From positions 34,102,001-34,166,000 of the forward strand of contig NC_045696.1 in NCBI RefSeq assembly GCF_009834535.1: 64,000 bases of DNA. Reading direction: 5' to 3'. The DNA is from Camelus ferus. Lineage: Eukaryota. This document shows, piece after piece, positions 36,781 to 50,661 of the stretch. Numbering within the stretch: the stretch's first letter is position 1; the number at the start of each line of letters is the position of its first letter. The position numbers and the translations under genes were made by a program. Under the pieces are notes generated by a model, which worked only from the letters and a program-made list of their open reading frames with translations, was not told the DNA's origin and searched no databases.

Positions 36781-36908
36781 AAAAGAAAGAAGAGACATTG
36801 GCCACAATTTTAAAATGTCTATTAGAGAATCTTCCCTCAGGCATTTTTAATATTTCATGTTTCAGAACTATTAAACTAAAGAAAAATCTTATCAAATTTG
36901 CAATTAAG

Positions 36909-37648
36909 AATTTTTTTTAACCAAGGTAAATAATTTTTTGACGTGTACAGTTCTATTCTGTGGAGCAAATACCATATTGCTTATTATTTGGTAGATGTAT
37001 TGCCTGATATATATTATGGAGAACACTTTAATGGACAGTCAAATTGGATGTTGATTAATCAATCTATCATCATCACAACATCTTGGGACAGGCACCCTTT
37101 AGGAACATGACATTTACACCAGGTTGTACCCTACTTTTGTGAAGTTAAATAAAGATACAGCAGAAGAATCAATTCCTCATTTTTCACAGGGCTTCGTAGA
37201 GGGGGATTAGCAAAAGACTGCCTTGGAGTCATTGGGGGATACCTAAGCTTTATTTACTGTGGGTTCTGTAAAATGTGAGTTTCACTGTGTTCATATTAGC
37301 GCTTTCTGTGACACTTTTGCTCAAGTGAAAAATAGGGATTTTCATCAACTTCACAATAACAGCACCCCCCATTTTTCATGATTAACTTTGATTGTGTCTT
37401 TATAGTCACTGTTCATGAAATATTTATATTCACTTTGCAGAAAGAAACCTGAGACTCAGCTCTGTTAAATCATCTAAATAATGAATTGTAAGACCTAACC
37501 TGAAATCACGAACTGATGGACTCCAATGTTTTTGCCGGATTGTTGCTTCCAGAAGACATGAGGTCCTTCTAGGCCTCATCTACACTAGAGCCAGAGTAAA
37601 TTTTAACTAAAAGGAGTATTTTAACAACGTATCTTATCAATTCAGTGC
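36909..37648 (+). repeat. Local duplication, copy 1 (native position)
   Basis: Aligns by eye with 38728-39228 (shared aatgtgagtttcactgtgttcat, gaaacctgagactc, actgatggactccaatg, tgttgcttccagaagacatgag, taggcctcatctaca). Confidence 0.92.
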
Positions 37649-37699
37649 TTGTGTGATGGGAATTAAATTTCTTGAAATATATTAATGTGTTTTCTCATT

Positions 37700-40572
37700 C
37701 ATGATTTTTAACTGCTTGATTAAGGTATCTTTGCCTATGCAAAGAATTGTACATACCTAATGTGTATAATTTGATGAGTTCAGACATATGCCAATATCCA
37801 TAATGCATCACCACAATCAAGATAATGGACACATCCAACATCTTCCAAAGTTCTCTTGTTCTCCTTTTTGTTTTGTTTGTTTTGTTTTGTTTTGTTTTTG
37901 TGGCAAAGACGTTGAATGTAAGATCTGTCCACTTATATTCTGAAATACATATACCATATTGTTAACTATAGGCATTATGTTGTACAGATCTCTAGAACTT
38001 ATTAATCTAGCATAACTGAAACTTCATGTTCATTAAAGAACAATTCCCTATCCCCCCACCCAAACCTGGCCCATGGCAACCACAATTGTATTCTCTGCTT
38101 CTATGAGTTTGACTATGTAAATGCTCATATAAATGGAATAAGTATTTGTCTTTCTGTAACTGGTTAATTTCACTTAGCATAATGTCATCCACGTTCATCC
38201 ACATTTTCACATATCTCATGGTTTCCTTTTTGAAGGCTAAATAATATTCCATTATATGTATGTGTCACATTTTCTTTATCTATTTACCTGTCAATGGATG
38301 TTTGGGTTGTTTCTGTATCTTTATGTGCTAAAACGTTGGTTAACCTAGAGGAAATGGAAAAATTCTTAGACACATGCAACCTACCAAAACTGAATTATGA
38401 AGAAATAGAAAATAAGAACAGACCAATTACTAGTAATGGGATTGAATCAGTAATCAGAACTTTCCAACAAATAAAAGCCCAGGACCAGATAGATGGCTTC
38501 ACTACTGAATTCTACTGAAGATGATAAGAATTAATGCCAAATTGTTTTCAAATTATTCTAAAAAATTGAAGAGGAGGGAACACTTCCAACTCATTTTATG
38601 AGGCCAGCATTATACGCAAATAAAAGCCAGACAAAGGAAACTACAGACCAATATTCCTAATGAGTATAGATGTAAAAATGCTCAACAAAATACTAGCAAA
38701 CTAAATTCAAAAGCACATTTAAAAAATAATTTTTTTCACCAAGTTAAAAAAAATTGAAGTGCATAGTTATATTCTACAGGACAAATACCATTTTCCTTAT
38801 TATTTGGTAAATGTATTGCCTATGAGTCCTGTACAATGTGAGTTTCACTGTGTTCATTTTTATTCTTTCTGTGACAGTTTTTCGCAAGTGAAAAATAAGG
38901 ATTTTTATCAACTGTGCAATAAATAGCATTTCTCATTTTTCATGAGTAAATTTATTGTACTATTATAACCACCACTCAGGAACTACTTATATTCATTTTA
39001 CAGGGAGAAACCTGAGACTCGGTTCTGTTAAATCCTCTAAATAATATACTGCAAGATCCAACTTGAAATCATAAACTGATGGACTCCAATGATGTTTTTT
39101 GCCAGACTGTTGCTTCCAGAAGACATGAGATTTTTTTCACACTGTCTATAGGCCTCATCTACATTAGAACCAGAGTAAATTTTAACTCCAAGAAGTATTT
39201 TAACAAGCTGTCTTATCTAATTCAGTGCCAAGCTATGGTCACAGTCAAAGAGCACGACTAAGTGAGATTTATCCCTAGGATTCAAGGATGGCTCAATACA
39301 CATAAATCAATAAATGTGACACATCACAATAATATAATGAAGAATAAAAATCACATGTTCCAGGAACAAGAAAAAAGGTGTCCACTTTCCTCATTTGTGT
39401 TCAGCTTGATACTTGTATGCTGAAAACTACAAAATTCTGATGAAAGAAAGTAAAAGAGAAACACATAAATGGAAAGGCATCCCACATTCATGGATTGGAA
39501 GACTTAATACTGTTAAAGTGTCCACACTACCCAAAATGATCAAAATTCCAATGGAATTTTTTACAGAAATATTAAAAAGCAATCCTAAAATTCATATGAA
39601 ATCACAAAAGACCCAGAATAGCCAAAGTCATTTTGAGAAATAAGAAGAAAGCTGGAGGCATCACATTTCCTGATTTCAAAATATATTAGAGCTACAGTAG
39701 TTTAAAAGTTATGTTACTAACATAGGACAGATATACAGAACAACGAAATAGAATAGAAAGTACAGAAATAAACCTATGTATACATGGTCAACTGATCTTT
39801 AAAACAGTGCCAAGAATATTCAATGGGAAAATCAACACAAAATGGATTAAAGGCTTAAATGAAATACTTGAAACTGTAAAACTCCTAGAAGATAATATAG
39901 GGGAAAAGCTTCTTGATCTCATTCTTGGCAATGACTGCTTAGTTATCACACCAAGGGCACTGGCATAAAATGAAAATAGACAAGTGAGACCGTATCAAAC
40001 TGAAGAGCTGCTGCAAAGCAAAGGAAACAATCAACAGAATGAAAAGGCAATGCACAGAATGGTAGAGAATATATGTAAACCACATATTTGATAAAAGGTT
40101 ATACAAGGAACTCCCACAACTCAAAGGCAAAAAAAAAAAAAAAAAAAAAGCCTGATTTTTAAAATGGGCAAAGGACTTGGACAGACATTTCTCCAAAGAA
40201 GACATACAAATGCTCAACAGTTATACAAAAAGGTGCACAACATCACTACTTATGAGGAAAACACAAATTATTACTACAATAAGATATTGCCTCACACCTG
40301 TTAGGATAGCAATTATCAAAACAAAAAACAAAAAAACCAAACAGAAGATAACAAGTGTTGGTGAGAATGTGGAGAAGTTGGAACTCTTATACACTGTTGG
40401 TGGGAATGTAAAATGGTGCAACCTCTATGGAAAATAGTATGGAGGTTCCTGAAAAAATTAAAAATAAAACTACCATAAGATCTAGCAGTCCCAGTTCTGG
40501 GTATATATTCAAAATAATTGAAATCAGTATTTCTAAGAGATATTTGTGCTCCCATGTTCATTGCAGTATTGT
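37700..40572 (-). mobile_element. L1 (L1MA/MB-like) with 5' inversion; 3' end antisense at ~37700-38320, ORF2 part sense at ~38321-40572
   Basis: ORF2 peptides [30 protein letters not shown]...[25 protein letters not shown] on +; MEYYLAFKK...DIMLSEINQLQKDKY on -. Confidence 0.9.
38728..39228 (+). repeat. Local duplication, copy 2 (embedded in L1 ORF2)
   Basis: Direct-orientation copy of 36909-37648 lacking ~37006-37258. Confidence 0.92.
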
Positions 40573-40611
40573 TGTTTCTTTATATATCTTTTCCTGCTAG
40601 CAATTCAGAGC

Positions 40612-41000
40612 AAGTGGTATGCTGGATCTGACTTGTACCAGCTAACAGGAGCTAATGATTAAATTTTCAGGAATCTGGTAAAGTGTTGGTTGTTAAAAAT
40701 TAAATTCTATAAATCTACATCTAAGTAAATTATACTTAAAAAGAAGGTAACAAGTACTCAAAACTCATCCCTCAATTATTTTACTACATATTATTAATAT
40801 TTATTAAGTTACTTACTACTGTTGCATCTGTATGGTAAAAATACTTATGATATTTCTCATCTCTTTTCTTCTCTGGCTTTAATAATGATCTCACGTCAGC
40901 TCAGTGGAATAGCATGGTTTTTAGACAACAGAAATAGGCAATCACTACAAATCAACACACTGCCAAAAAATAGTCAGTTGTTAACTATCAGCACACCACT
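40612..41000. mobile_element. MER63-like hAT element
   Basis: Terminal inverted repeats aagtggtatgctgga ... tcagcacaccactg. Confidence 0.7.
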
Positions 41001-41571
41001 GTCCAGATGCATGTGTTTTACCTCAGAAAAGATTAAGATTGTTAAATCAGAGATGCAAAGAGAAACTAGGATTATCATAATAGGTTTTGAATCCCTAGGG
41101 GAACCATAGTCTTAATAGCCAGATGTTTTTGAGAGAGAAATGTATCTTCTAAAATCCTTACAGTCATATAAGCGAGTAAAAACCCAGGGCTTCTGCCTTG
41201 AAGGTATACCAGAAACTACACTGGTGGAAAGAAACCAGAATGCAATATAAAGGAGCCTCCATGCAACTTGGAGGGAAATAAAGAGACTCCTGTGTTGGTG
41301 GAGACAGAGACTCAGGTAAAGGAAGAGGTAGAATGAGGAAGTCCTTTTTTCCTACCTCTGCCCACCAGGATTAGATCCCAAATATGTTGATGGGGCTGGG
41401 GAGGGGGGAGTGGAATGTGCCTCTTATCAAAGCACTAAATAGTTAGAAAGAAATTCGAATCACTGGGGATAGTGGCCCAGTGTCCCACTGAATAAGGCAC
41501 AGGGCCTCTCCCAGGGTCTCCATCACTGATAGAGGAGCAATATTGCTGCCTCGCTGGGAGAAGTGTCTAAA

Positions 41572-41899
41572 GCCACACTGCCCAGGATGTTAGTCACTAA
41601 CCACATGTGGCTATGGAACTCCTAAAATGAGGCTAGATTAACCTGGGCTATAATTGTAAAATACATACTGTGTTTTGAACACTTAGTAAGAAAATATAAA
41701 GGAAAATATCTCATTATTAATCTTTCATATTGATTAATTTAATATGATAATATTTTGGACATATTGGAGAAAGAAAAAATACTATTTAAATTAACTCTAC
41801 CCGTTTCTTTTAGTTTGTCTTAATGTGGCTACTAGAAAATTTTAAATAGCATATTAGTTCCTATTTATTGCTCACATTACACTTTAATGACAACTGGTG
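41572..41899. mobile_element. MER33-like hAT MITE
   Basis: agtcactaaccacatgtggctat...gtaaaatacatact...aatgtggctactagaaaattttaaat. Confidence 0.75.
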
Positions 41900-43904
41900 A
41901 CCTAGATAGATGACCCTGACTGAGGTATCCCTCCAACACGTGCTCTATAGGGTCCATAAATCCCTTAAGATTGACAAGGGCAGGGGTCTCAAGATCGAAG
42001 GCAATGGCTGGGCCCATTAGCTGGCTCCAGAGCAGCAAAGGCAGCCTCACAGTCCAAAGGTCACCATGAGACTCTTCCATCACCACTGAATTCAACAAGT
42101 ACAGAGGCTGATATGCAGAGGGAAGCAGGCAGAGTCCACTCTGGACACCTGGATCCTGTATGTCTAGATCTAAGACTTCCCTCCCCTCGCTGTCATGAGA
42201 TTACATAAGCCAACATACTAACTGGTAGCAATAATGCTTTTGGGATCTTGACCAAACCAGAGAAACAACTCTATTTTTAAGTTCTTGTACATATATAACA
42301 TTCAAACATACATGTCTCTTCCAAGAGAAATAACCTCAGTTTTATTTTAACTTATAAGTGTTAACTAGGTGCCTTCTATTTGAATTGTATCAATTTTGCC
42401 AATACTTAATTTCTTCTCTTAATATCAGAATAGTTACCTCAGAGTTTTAGCAAAAGTTCTAAGTGACATTGCATCACATTGGCATCTGGAGTCATAATAA
42501 CCTTCCAAGATTAGACATTATGTTGTCTACTGATTTATATTCACAAATTTTGGTAAATTCCATAATTACTAAGTTTATCTTATAATTCTTATTTAAAATT
42601 TTGTTCTTTATTATAACTGAAAATAATATTTAAAGATATGAGAATCATTCCATGATTATACATTAATGAAATAGTTTAATATTTGTAGCCAATTTCAAGT
42701 ATTGATTTGCATTTTGATGATTTCCATATACAAATTAATCATTTAATTACTAGAAATACCTTTAGTTTTTAAAAGACAATGATGTCTTCCACACCCTACA
42801 AATATTGAATTTGTATCTTTGTACACTTAAATCATCTGATAAAGGAGCAATTAACAGGCATTAATTAAGATAAAACATAGTTTTTTTTTTGTTTGTTTTA
42901 CCTATTGAGGAAGAAGGTAATCCCTAAGCCTTTTGAAACACAATACCATTATTTTACATGTGAATATACTGAAAAAGTATTAAAAACACAAATTATGTAT
43001 ATTTTAGTTACCACCAACTGTGCTTTTGTTGTGTAAATTTTAAAATAAACCAAATTGAGATGTGAATCAAAACATTTAAGTGTCACTGGATAAAAGTTCA
43101 TACAGTTAATAAAAAAACAAGTACCAGAGATGTCAGTAATTCAAGAAATAAAGATTTTATTTGCTAATCTAAGTTTCATGGGAAAAAAAAGAGAACATGG
43201 ACCAAATCAAAGTCATTTCAAGGTAGAGTATTTTGGCATTTATTCATGCAAATATATTCTGCATCACTTGGCAAGGAATGAAATGTTTTGATGCCCTCAG
43301 CAAGGGACTACATTTTTCTTATTCTCTGTATCTCTTCCATTGAACATCTATCAGCAAAACTGAAGATACATTTTGGATGAGCATGGGAGTAGCAGTTAAA
43401 TCTTTGAAAACTCTGTAAAAACTCCAAAATTAATAATTAAGCTTTCCAGAATCATAGTTCTGTAAAAATAAAAATTTAATGACAAAAAAACTTCCCTTGC
43501 CATTGATTGAAATATTGTTCTTGGTGAATAAGTGGGATTGTCAAACTACTGTCACAGAAATCAGGTACCAGTGCTAACAACAGTGAGTATTCTCGTATTT
43601 TCACAGTTCTTGAATCTTAATTTTGGGAGCAAAGCAAGGATTTACATTTCAGCTTTAGAAACTGTGAATATATGAATAGTATTTAAAATAATTTACGATG
43701 CTTTATCCTCACCAGCCCCCAACAAAGAAACATTTGAAATAGTTTCAGGAAAGTTTTATTTCTATTTTAATATATGTTGATATAAAGTAAATATACTTAA
43801 GCTTTGGGAAGATACAGTACTTCAAATTATTGCAAACTACACAGTACAAAGTGTTACAAAGTCCACTAGAGTCCTGCATAGGGTTTCAGAAAACAAAGTT
43901 TTGA

Positions 43905-44163
43905 ATTTTTTTAGCTGAAAAATAATTGACATGTAACATTAAGATTAAGGTGCAATGTTCTGATATATTGCAATGACTACCTCTGTAGCATTAGCTAACA
44001 CTTCTATTATATCACATAGTTATTCTTTTTGTTGTGATAGGAACAGTTAAGTTCTATTCTCTTAGCAATGCTGGAGTTTATAATACAACACTGTTGTCTA
44101 TAGTCACTGCGCTGTGCATTAACTCTCTAGAACTTATTCACCTACCAATTGCAAGTTTGTACA
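43905..44163 (-). mobile_element. L1 (L1MA/MB-like) 3' end
   Basis: ttttttagctgaaaaataattgac...atagtcactgcgctgtgcattaactctctagaacttattca. Confidence 0.75.
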
Positions 44164-44174
44164 TTGAGCTTCTC

Positions 44175-44330
44175 TTAATGTGGTATAATCTTGAGTAATT
44201 TGCTAAGCTTCTCTAAACCTGGATTCCTTCCATGTGAAATGAAGACAACAACTCCATCCAACATATTTTAATTTGTTGTGAAATACAAATTAAGAAATAC
44301 ATGTGAAAGATATTATAAACTTCATATTGT
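44175..44330 (+). mobile_element. MIR fragment
   Basis: tcttgagtaatttgctaagcttctctaaacctggattccttccatgtgaaatg. Confidence 0.55.
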
Positions 44331-46339
44331 ACTAATATTTGGTCATTGTTGCATCACGGAACTTACATTGCTCTTAAAAGTTTTAACTCATAGTGGGATT
44401 TTCAGGAAATAATCTCTGAAGGACTTAAAACAGAACTTACATTTGCCTAGAAACCTGGATTATATCAGTATGTGTTTCTCCTTTTTCCCTTTTATGTTTT
44501 GGAAAGGAAACAGAAGAACATAAGCACAGTCACTCAAATAAAGAAGAGAATAAGGGGTTTTCCTGTATTGAAGGCATGATCTGAGTAAAGCAAGATCATA
44601 AGAGAAATTAAAGAGGTGGTAGATTACTTGGAAAGATACGGATGTAGGAATAAATATGTTGTTCCATTAAAAAAGAAGATGCATTTAATATAGAAAAGAA
44701 AAAGGGTTGCTGTTCTGGAAAACACTAATCTAAAAATGCTACCCACCAGACTCCAAAGAATGGCTCTGCTGTGGTTAATATGAGTAAATGAGGACATTCC
44801 TTACTCAACAAATAGGTTGGTAAATAAAATTAATCACTAATTAAGGTTCACCTGATCTTCTAGTTTTATGTCCCTCTCCTAATTCCCAGCAAATATATCC
44901 TGAAGACTACATATTTGTATGTATCACTACCTCAAGTTTAATTTTTTTAAGTTGATCCTTAGTTTTGTTCACTTGTAAATTCTTGAACTTGTAACTGACT
45001 CACATTGCTGGAACTGCGGAGGAAACAACTGCACCTGTGAAGAAACAGAAATGAAAGCACTGCACTCCTTCTCCACAGCTGACTCAGCCGACGGGCTGGA
45101 CCACAGGCGATCCGTGCCCTTGGCCCCCTTGTTCTGACTGTTGCTCCTCCACTTAGTCCACTGTCCCAGCCTCTCCACGTGTCTTAACCCTTAGACATTT
45201 TTAAGGTGTGAGTCAGGTATCAGTCTGCAAATTCCCCACTTTCAGGGCAGGCAGGTCAACCCTCTACGTGATTTCTTAAGTCTCTACCTTTGACTCTGGT
45301 GGACGAGGAGACACCCTTCAGCACTTTAAATCTTTTTCAAAGGAAACTTCTCTATCAGTCATTTCCCATTTATCCCCCTGAGATAGGTAGGTGATGAGCT
45401 GCATGTCACAAAAAATCCCTGTCACAACACTGTAAAACATCCTGCGTCCATATCTGGCTTCTGTTCTCTCTGCCCTTGGGCTCCACTGAGACAACAGGAG
45501 AAACCCAAAAAGTCACAATTAGCAATCTGCTACACTAGTTTTCTTCATAGTCGAGACTTACTCTGTGGAATCCAAAGCTAAGTATAGAACTCTCAACAGC
45601 AAACAAATTCTTGGTTAAATGGCAACTTCTATCTTTAAAAGTTTCCAGAAGTTAAGTGTGCTATTAATATTTCTGTTTATATTTACTTTGGGATAAACCT
45701 CTGTTTTCTCAAGATTAGTATTTCTGGAGCTAAACTGAACCTCTCTGCCCTCACTTTCCCCTCCAAAAAAAATACCCAAATTCCCTTTTCTGATCTTAAC
45801 ATTTTAAAAATGTAATTTAGTTCCTCCAGGAATTCATGAATCAAAGCTCAGCAGCATTGGTGATATGTGGTCCCACTCCTCCTTGACACGACCAGCACAG
45901 TGCCATGGGCTGATTTCTCTTTAACATATTTTAGTAGAGCTTTTACCGCCTCATGCTCAGATTACACAGTAGCCTATACTAACTATACGCCACATCTTCA
46001 TTTTTTGTTTGTTTGTTTCTCCTACCTTCCTGAACATCATGTTCAAATTACCATCTGCAAGTCCCATTTCCACCTCACTCCCCAACTTGAAAAACTTCAG
46101 GTTCTCACTGCCCATGAGACAGAACTTACGCTCCATAACCTCAGTCCTTCACAAGGGTGTTGATGGGGCTTTCTCCTTGTACACATTTTTCACTCCAGTC
46201 CTTTTTTTCCCCTTTATGTAAATACTAGAGACTCATCTGAGACTTTTCCTATTTTTATCTTTCTGATTTTGCCAACATTTTCCATTTTTTCTTCTTTATT
46301 CCTTTTCTTCATCTGTTTAAAACATACTTGTCAGTCAAG

Positions 46340-46560
46340 GTGTATAATTTAAGGAGCACTGGTCTGAGAGTTGTTTAACCTTGGCATTGCAGTAATTTTA
46401 AGAAGTATTCACAGACTAGGAAAAGCAAAGATTATATCTTCAAAGGTCACAGGCTCTCTGTGTGTAATCCTGATGAATTACTTTCCATGACTGGTCCTGT
46501 TTTGCTCGTCTTTAAAATAGGAGAGTCAGATTAGACCATATCTATCCTTGGTCTTATTTC
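46340..46560 (+). mobile_element. MIR/MIR3 fragment
   Basis: gagcactggtctgagag...cctgttttgctcgtctttaaaatagg...ttagaccatatct. Confidence 0.45.
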
Positions 46561-49500
46561 TAATGTTTTATTTGTCTATGAATTGGATCTTCCTATATAA
46601 ACTTTTCTTTAAATAATCCAACAAAATTGCTCACCTTACCAAATTAATATTTGCCAACACTTTTAAATTCTTTTAGTAATGCCATAAGTCCCTATCTATT
46701 TATTTCATACTTATTCTTCACTTTTCTGAATTACCGTTCTTTAAGTTTGCTGAGAATTGGCATAAGGGCTGCTGCTCTCATATATACACCATACAGAACC
46801 TAGAACTATACTGTATGTGGAAACTCAAAAAGATGTTTTGCTTTTCTGCTGTAATGTTTAGGGAAAGCCAAGAGGTCACTGATACTTTTTGAGTCATTTA
46901 TCTAATATTTAGAGGATATAAGAGGTCAGTGATATTGGTGGGACTCACTTCTATGTGATTTAAAGAAGCGTTGGAAAAGCTGGGCTGGCCAGGACTAAAC
47001 TCGGTGTACGTCTCAGGACACCTATTGGAAACAGGAGAGCCAAGATTTGTACATGGGAATTTCTGTATAGGAATTGTGATTACTCTTTTCTAAATGCGGA
47101 GAAGCCACGTGGTGAGGAAGAAAACTTGGATGTATCTGTTGCCTTGGATTAATCTCTGTGAACTTCAGAGCTCACCTTGTAAGGGTGCCATACATAGCAA
47201 CCAAGGATAAGTGGTGTTGGCCACATAGCATAATGACATATGAAAACAATGTTTAAAACCACTTGGGAAGAGGATTATGGTTACTGAGCATTTTAAATTT
47301 CTGACTTCATACTGTTTTATTTTCTAACTTACAGCCCTGTTATATTAGTGTATTAACAAAACATAAATTCCACATTATTCAGATGAGCATGAAGCATAGC
47401 TAAGGCACATGAAAAAGTGATTTTATATTTAATTATCAATTATCAATACTTAATTATCAATAATTTAGATGTCACAACTTAATTTTCTTGCATGACTTGC
47501 TCACTTTATGAGAACTCATTTTCTATTGGGAATACATGACTGGAGAGGGTGTAATACAGATGTGAGAAACAGTTCTTAACATTAATAAATGCTGATACGG
47601 TTTCATTTTCATGAACCTACAGAGCACCTACAAAGAGTTAATAGCAATTCTGAAGAACAGCCACTCTGCATCACATGCTTTTAATTTTAGGAATATCCAA
47701 ATCCATTTAGATCAATTTCAAATTATGGCAGAAGAGAATCCCGATTGCTAGACTGAGCTGCGATGGTTAAATTTTGAAGACTCTTGTCGTTATTTTTTAA
47801 AACAAATGTTTAGCCTAAGTATTCTGATGATTCTCTTCCTTTGTGGTTTGAATAAAGGTCATCATTTGATTTAGAAATAAAGGTGATTTAATAACATTTC
47901 CATTTTCTCTTTTCAGTGGCGTAAGCATAAAACACAAAGCATACAGATACATCATATTTTTGTGAGGAATTTTTATAGTTATGAAACTCTCTCCAAATGT
48001 CTAACTCACCAAAAGTGATGTGATAATAGGCTTTCTTCTGCATATTTTTGAAATAACACATTTCAGGGTGTTTCTCTTTCCAGCCCAGCCTAGTTTAAAA
48101 AAGTGAAATACCTGTTGAACAGAGTAGGAGAAACGAATGAACAAAGAAAAGTACATGAAATCATCCAGGTCTCCAAATCAAAGGTTGGCCACGGAATATG
48201 AAGACAACAGAGGCTCCAGTAATGACAGCCAAATTGAGGGCTGAGGAAAGGACTGGGCTCTTTAAAGGGTACAATAGTTCAAGGTGAAAAGAGAAAATGG
48301 TTCAAAATTATCTACCTCAAATCTAAGGCTGGCGTGGAAATTATAATCATACGAGGGAGTGATTATTGCCCTTTATAATAGACTTATTTCATGTCATTTT
48401 CCCCCACTCACAACACCCTACACAGTACTAAGAATATAGTACATTCTCAACAAATGCTGACTAAATGGGGTTCAATTAAAAACAGGCATTTTAAAAAATG
48501 TCTGTAGGAATGAAATCTTCAAGGGGAAAATCACTTGGTATCTTTCTAAGGTTTAAAACTCTGGGTCATTATTGCTTGGTTTTCTCTCATTACAAGCTTG
48601 GCTTGTATTGCACTGAAGGGATCTGAGGTTGGAGACTCACAAAAGGAACTTGGACAGAGTGGCTTTTCAAATACCTAAAAATGCTTTAGGAATATATCTG
48701 AGAGAAATCATTTATCTACCCAAGTTTCATTTTAGTAGAAATATTAACATTAAAGTCATAAACTGCTCCAGATCGGTATTACTCACCCCCAAATTTGAAA
48801 GGTAATCAAGTCACTAAATTATTATTCATTACTTAAAGTTGAAATTTAATTATTATTTATTAAATATTGTTCATATAGTCTGTCTTTCTAACAGCCTTTC
48901 CAAAACATGATCTTGTTCTGAAGGCTGCTTATAGGTTCTCCTCTCTTTATGTAAAGTTCAAATGTATATAACCAGGAGCGTCATGAGTTCATTATCTAAG
49001 CAGTTATTGCTTATAGGAAGCAGTGTATGTGACAATTTCAAGGGAGATCGTGCATTTGTGGAAACAGATAACAGGGCTTTGTGACAGGAATTCAATTTTC
49101 AGTTATTTGCATGTAAAGACAATTTTAACACCTATGTTAAAATATTAGGCTTTAAGATTCATGATTTTATTTTGAGTCATTTTGTCTAGTCTGCTATGTA
49201 ATCGCATGGTTGAATTTATTCCAAACGATGCAGGAACTATGCCCTAAATATGCTAGATTAAATAGATTTCTGGACTATTAAGTTAACTTTATAAATTTTA
49301 AAAAACCTATTGCGTAGATTAGCAAAATGTACATCATATGAGTCACCCAACAGGGCTTTATAACTTAGAGTCATATTCTAGGCTTTTCTTTAATAGAAGA
49401 GTCATGTGGCATTAGAAATTCTAAATACTTAAGTTTATGATTCATTCTTAAGGAGACTGAAAGCACGTTTAGAGTCCCAACTAAATTTTAGAAATAACCT

Positions 49501-50039
49501 TGTATCTTTAAATGATCATGATTTCTCATGAAAAAAATACAAATTAGTCAATGTGTTATTAGAAATTTAAAATATTCATACCCATAGTTTAATTAAATAT
49601 ATATACCAAATTTAAATTATTTTATGAAATGAATTTTATTATTACTTTATTAAAACATAAATTATACAAAAACACTTAAGAGTAATACCCTGCTCCACAT
49701 ATTCTTTCCACTTAAAATAATATGTATTCATAGAAAATTAATTCAGGTAATTCCACATGATAAATTATTAAACTGTTTTTAAATTAAAATTTAAAATTAA
49801 CCACCATATTCAAGATATCTGGGGTTATAACCACTAAATTACTCTTCTTACTACAACACTACTTTGCTTCACATTAGCAGAATACCTCCCAGGTTGCCTT
49901 CATACCTGTTGCCCATATGAAGATAAACACTGAGTCTATTCCTTCTTGTTATTCGCATTGCCCAGCCCATAATCTGGCAAATTATTCAGAAAATATTTAT
50001 TGAATTCACATGAAAGAATAAATGTAAAAACAAAGCAGT

Positions 50040-50185
50040 TTTCTGGCACAGTATCTTGTAAGAAGACAACTATTTTTAATTCCTATTTTACAAAGAGGAA
50101 ATAGAGGCACTGAGAAGTTTACTGACCTAACATGTGTTTTAGTTTGAGTTTGAGGATGTAAATTGATTCCATTCCAAGATTCTAT
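50040..50185 (-). mobile_element. MIR fragment
   Basis: ttcctattttacaaagaggaaatagaggcactgagaagttt. Confidence 0.65.
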
Positions 50186-50661
50186 CATGTAGTGAATGAG
50201 CTATCCTGTGATAAATTTGCATTAAAAACAAGGAGGATTCTGGGAAGGATTGGGAAGGATGCTATCTAGGGAAATGGAGAACACATTTCCACAAGTTGTA
50301 CACAAGAAAAATACTACCACCAACAACTATATAACAATAATTTGTAAACCTTTATTATATACCAGGCACAAGAATAATAAGTTTTATCTTCACTTATTGT
50401 GTACTTGGTATTAAATGATTTCTAAAGTGTATCCCAATAGGATCTTCACTACAATTCTGTCAGGTAGATCCCTACTGGAGATGAAGAGACAATTAGGACT
50501 AAAATCTGCCCACCATTTCTTCCTCTATTGAAGGAACTTCAATTCTCTAGATTTTCATTTTCATTTTGGAGTTCAAACAGGTCTACAAGGCTGAAGTAAG
50601 ATATGTAGATAACAGGATGGATCAAAATAATTTGAAGAAATAAAATGTGATATAAAATCTT

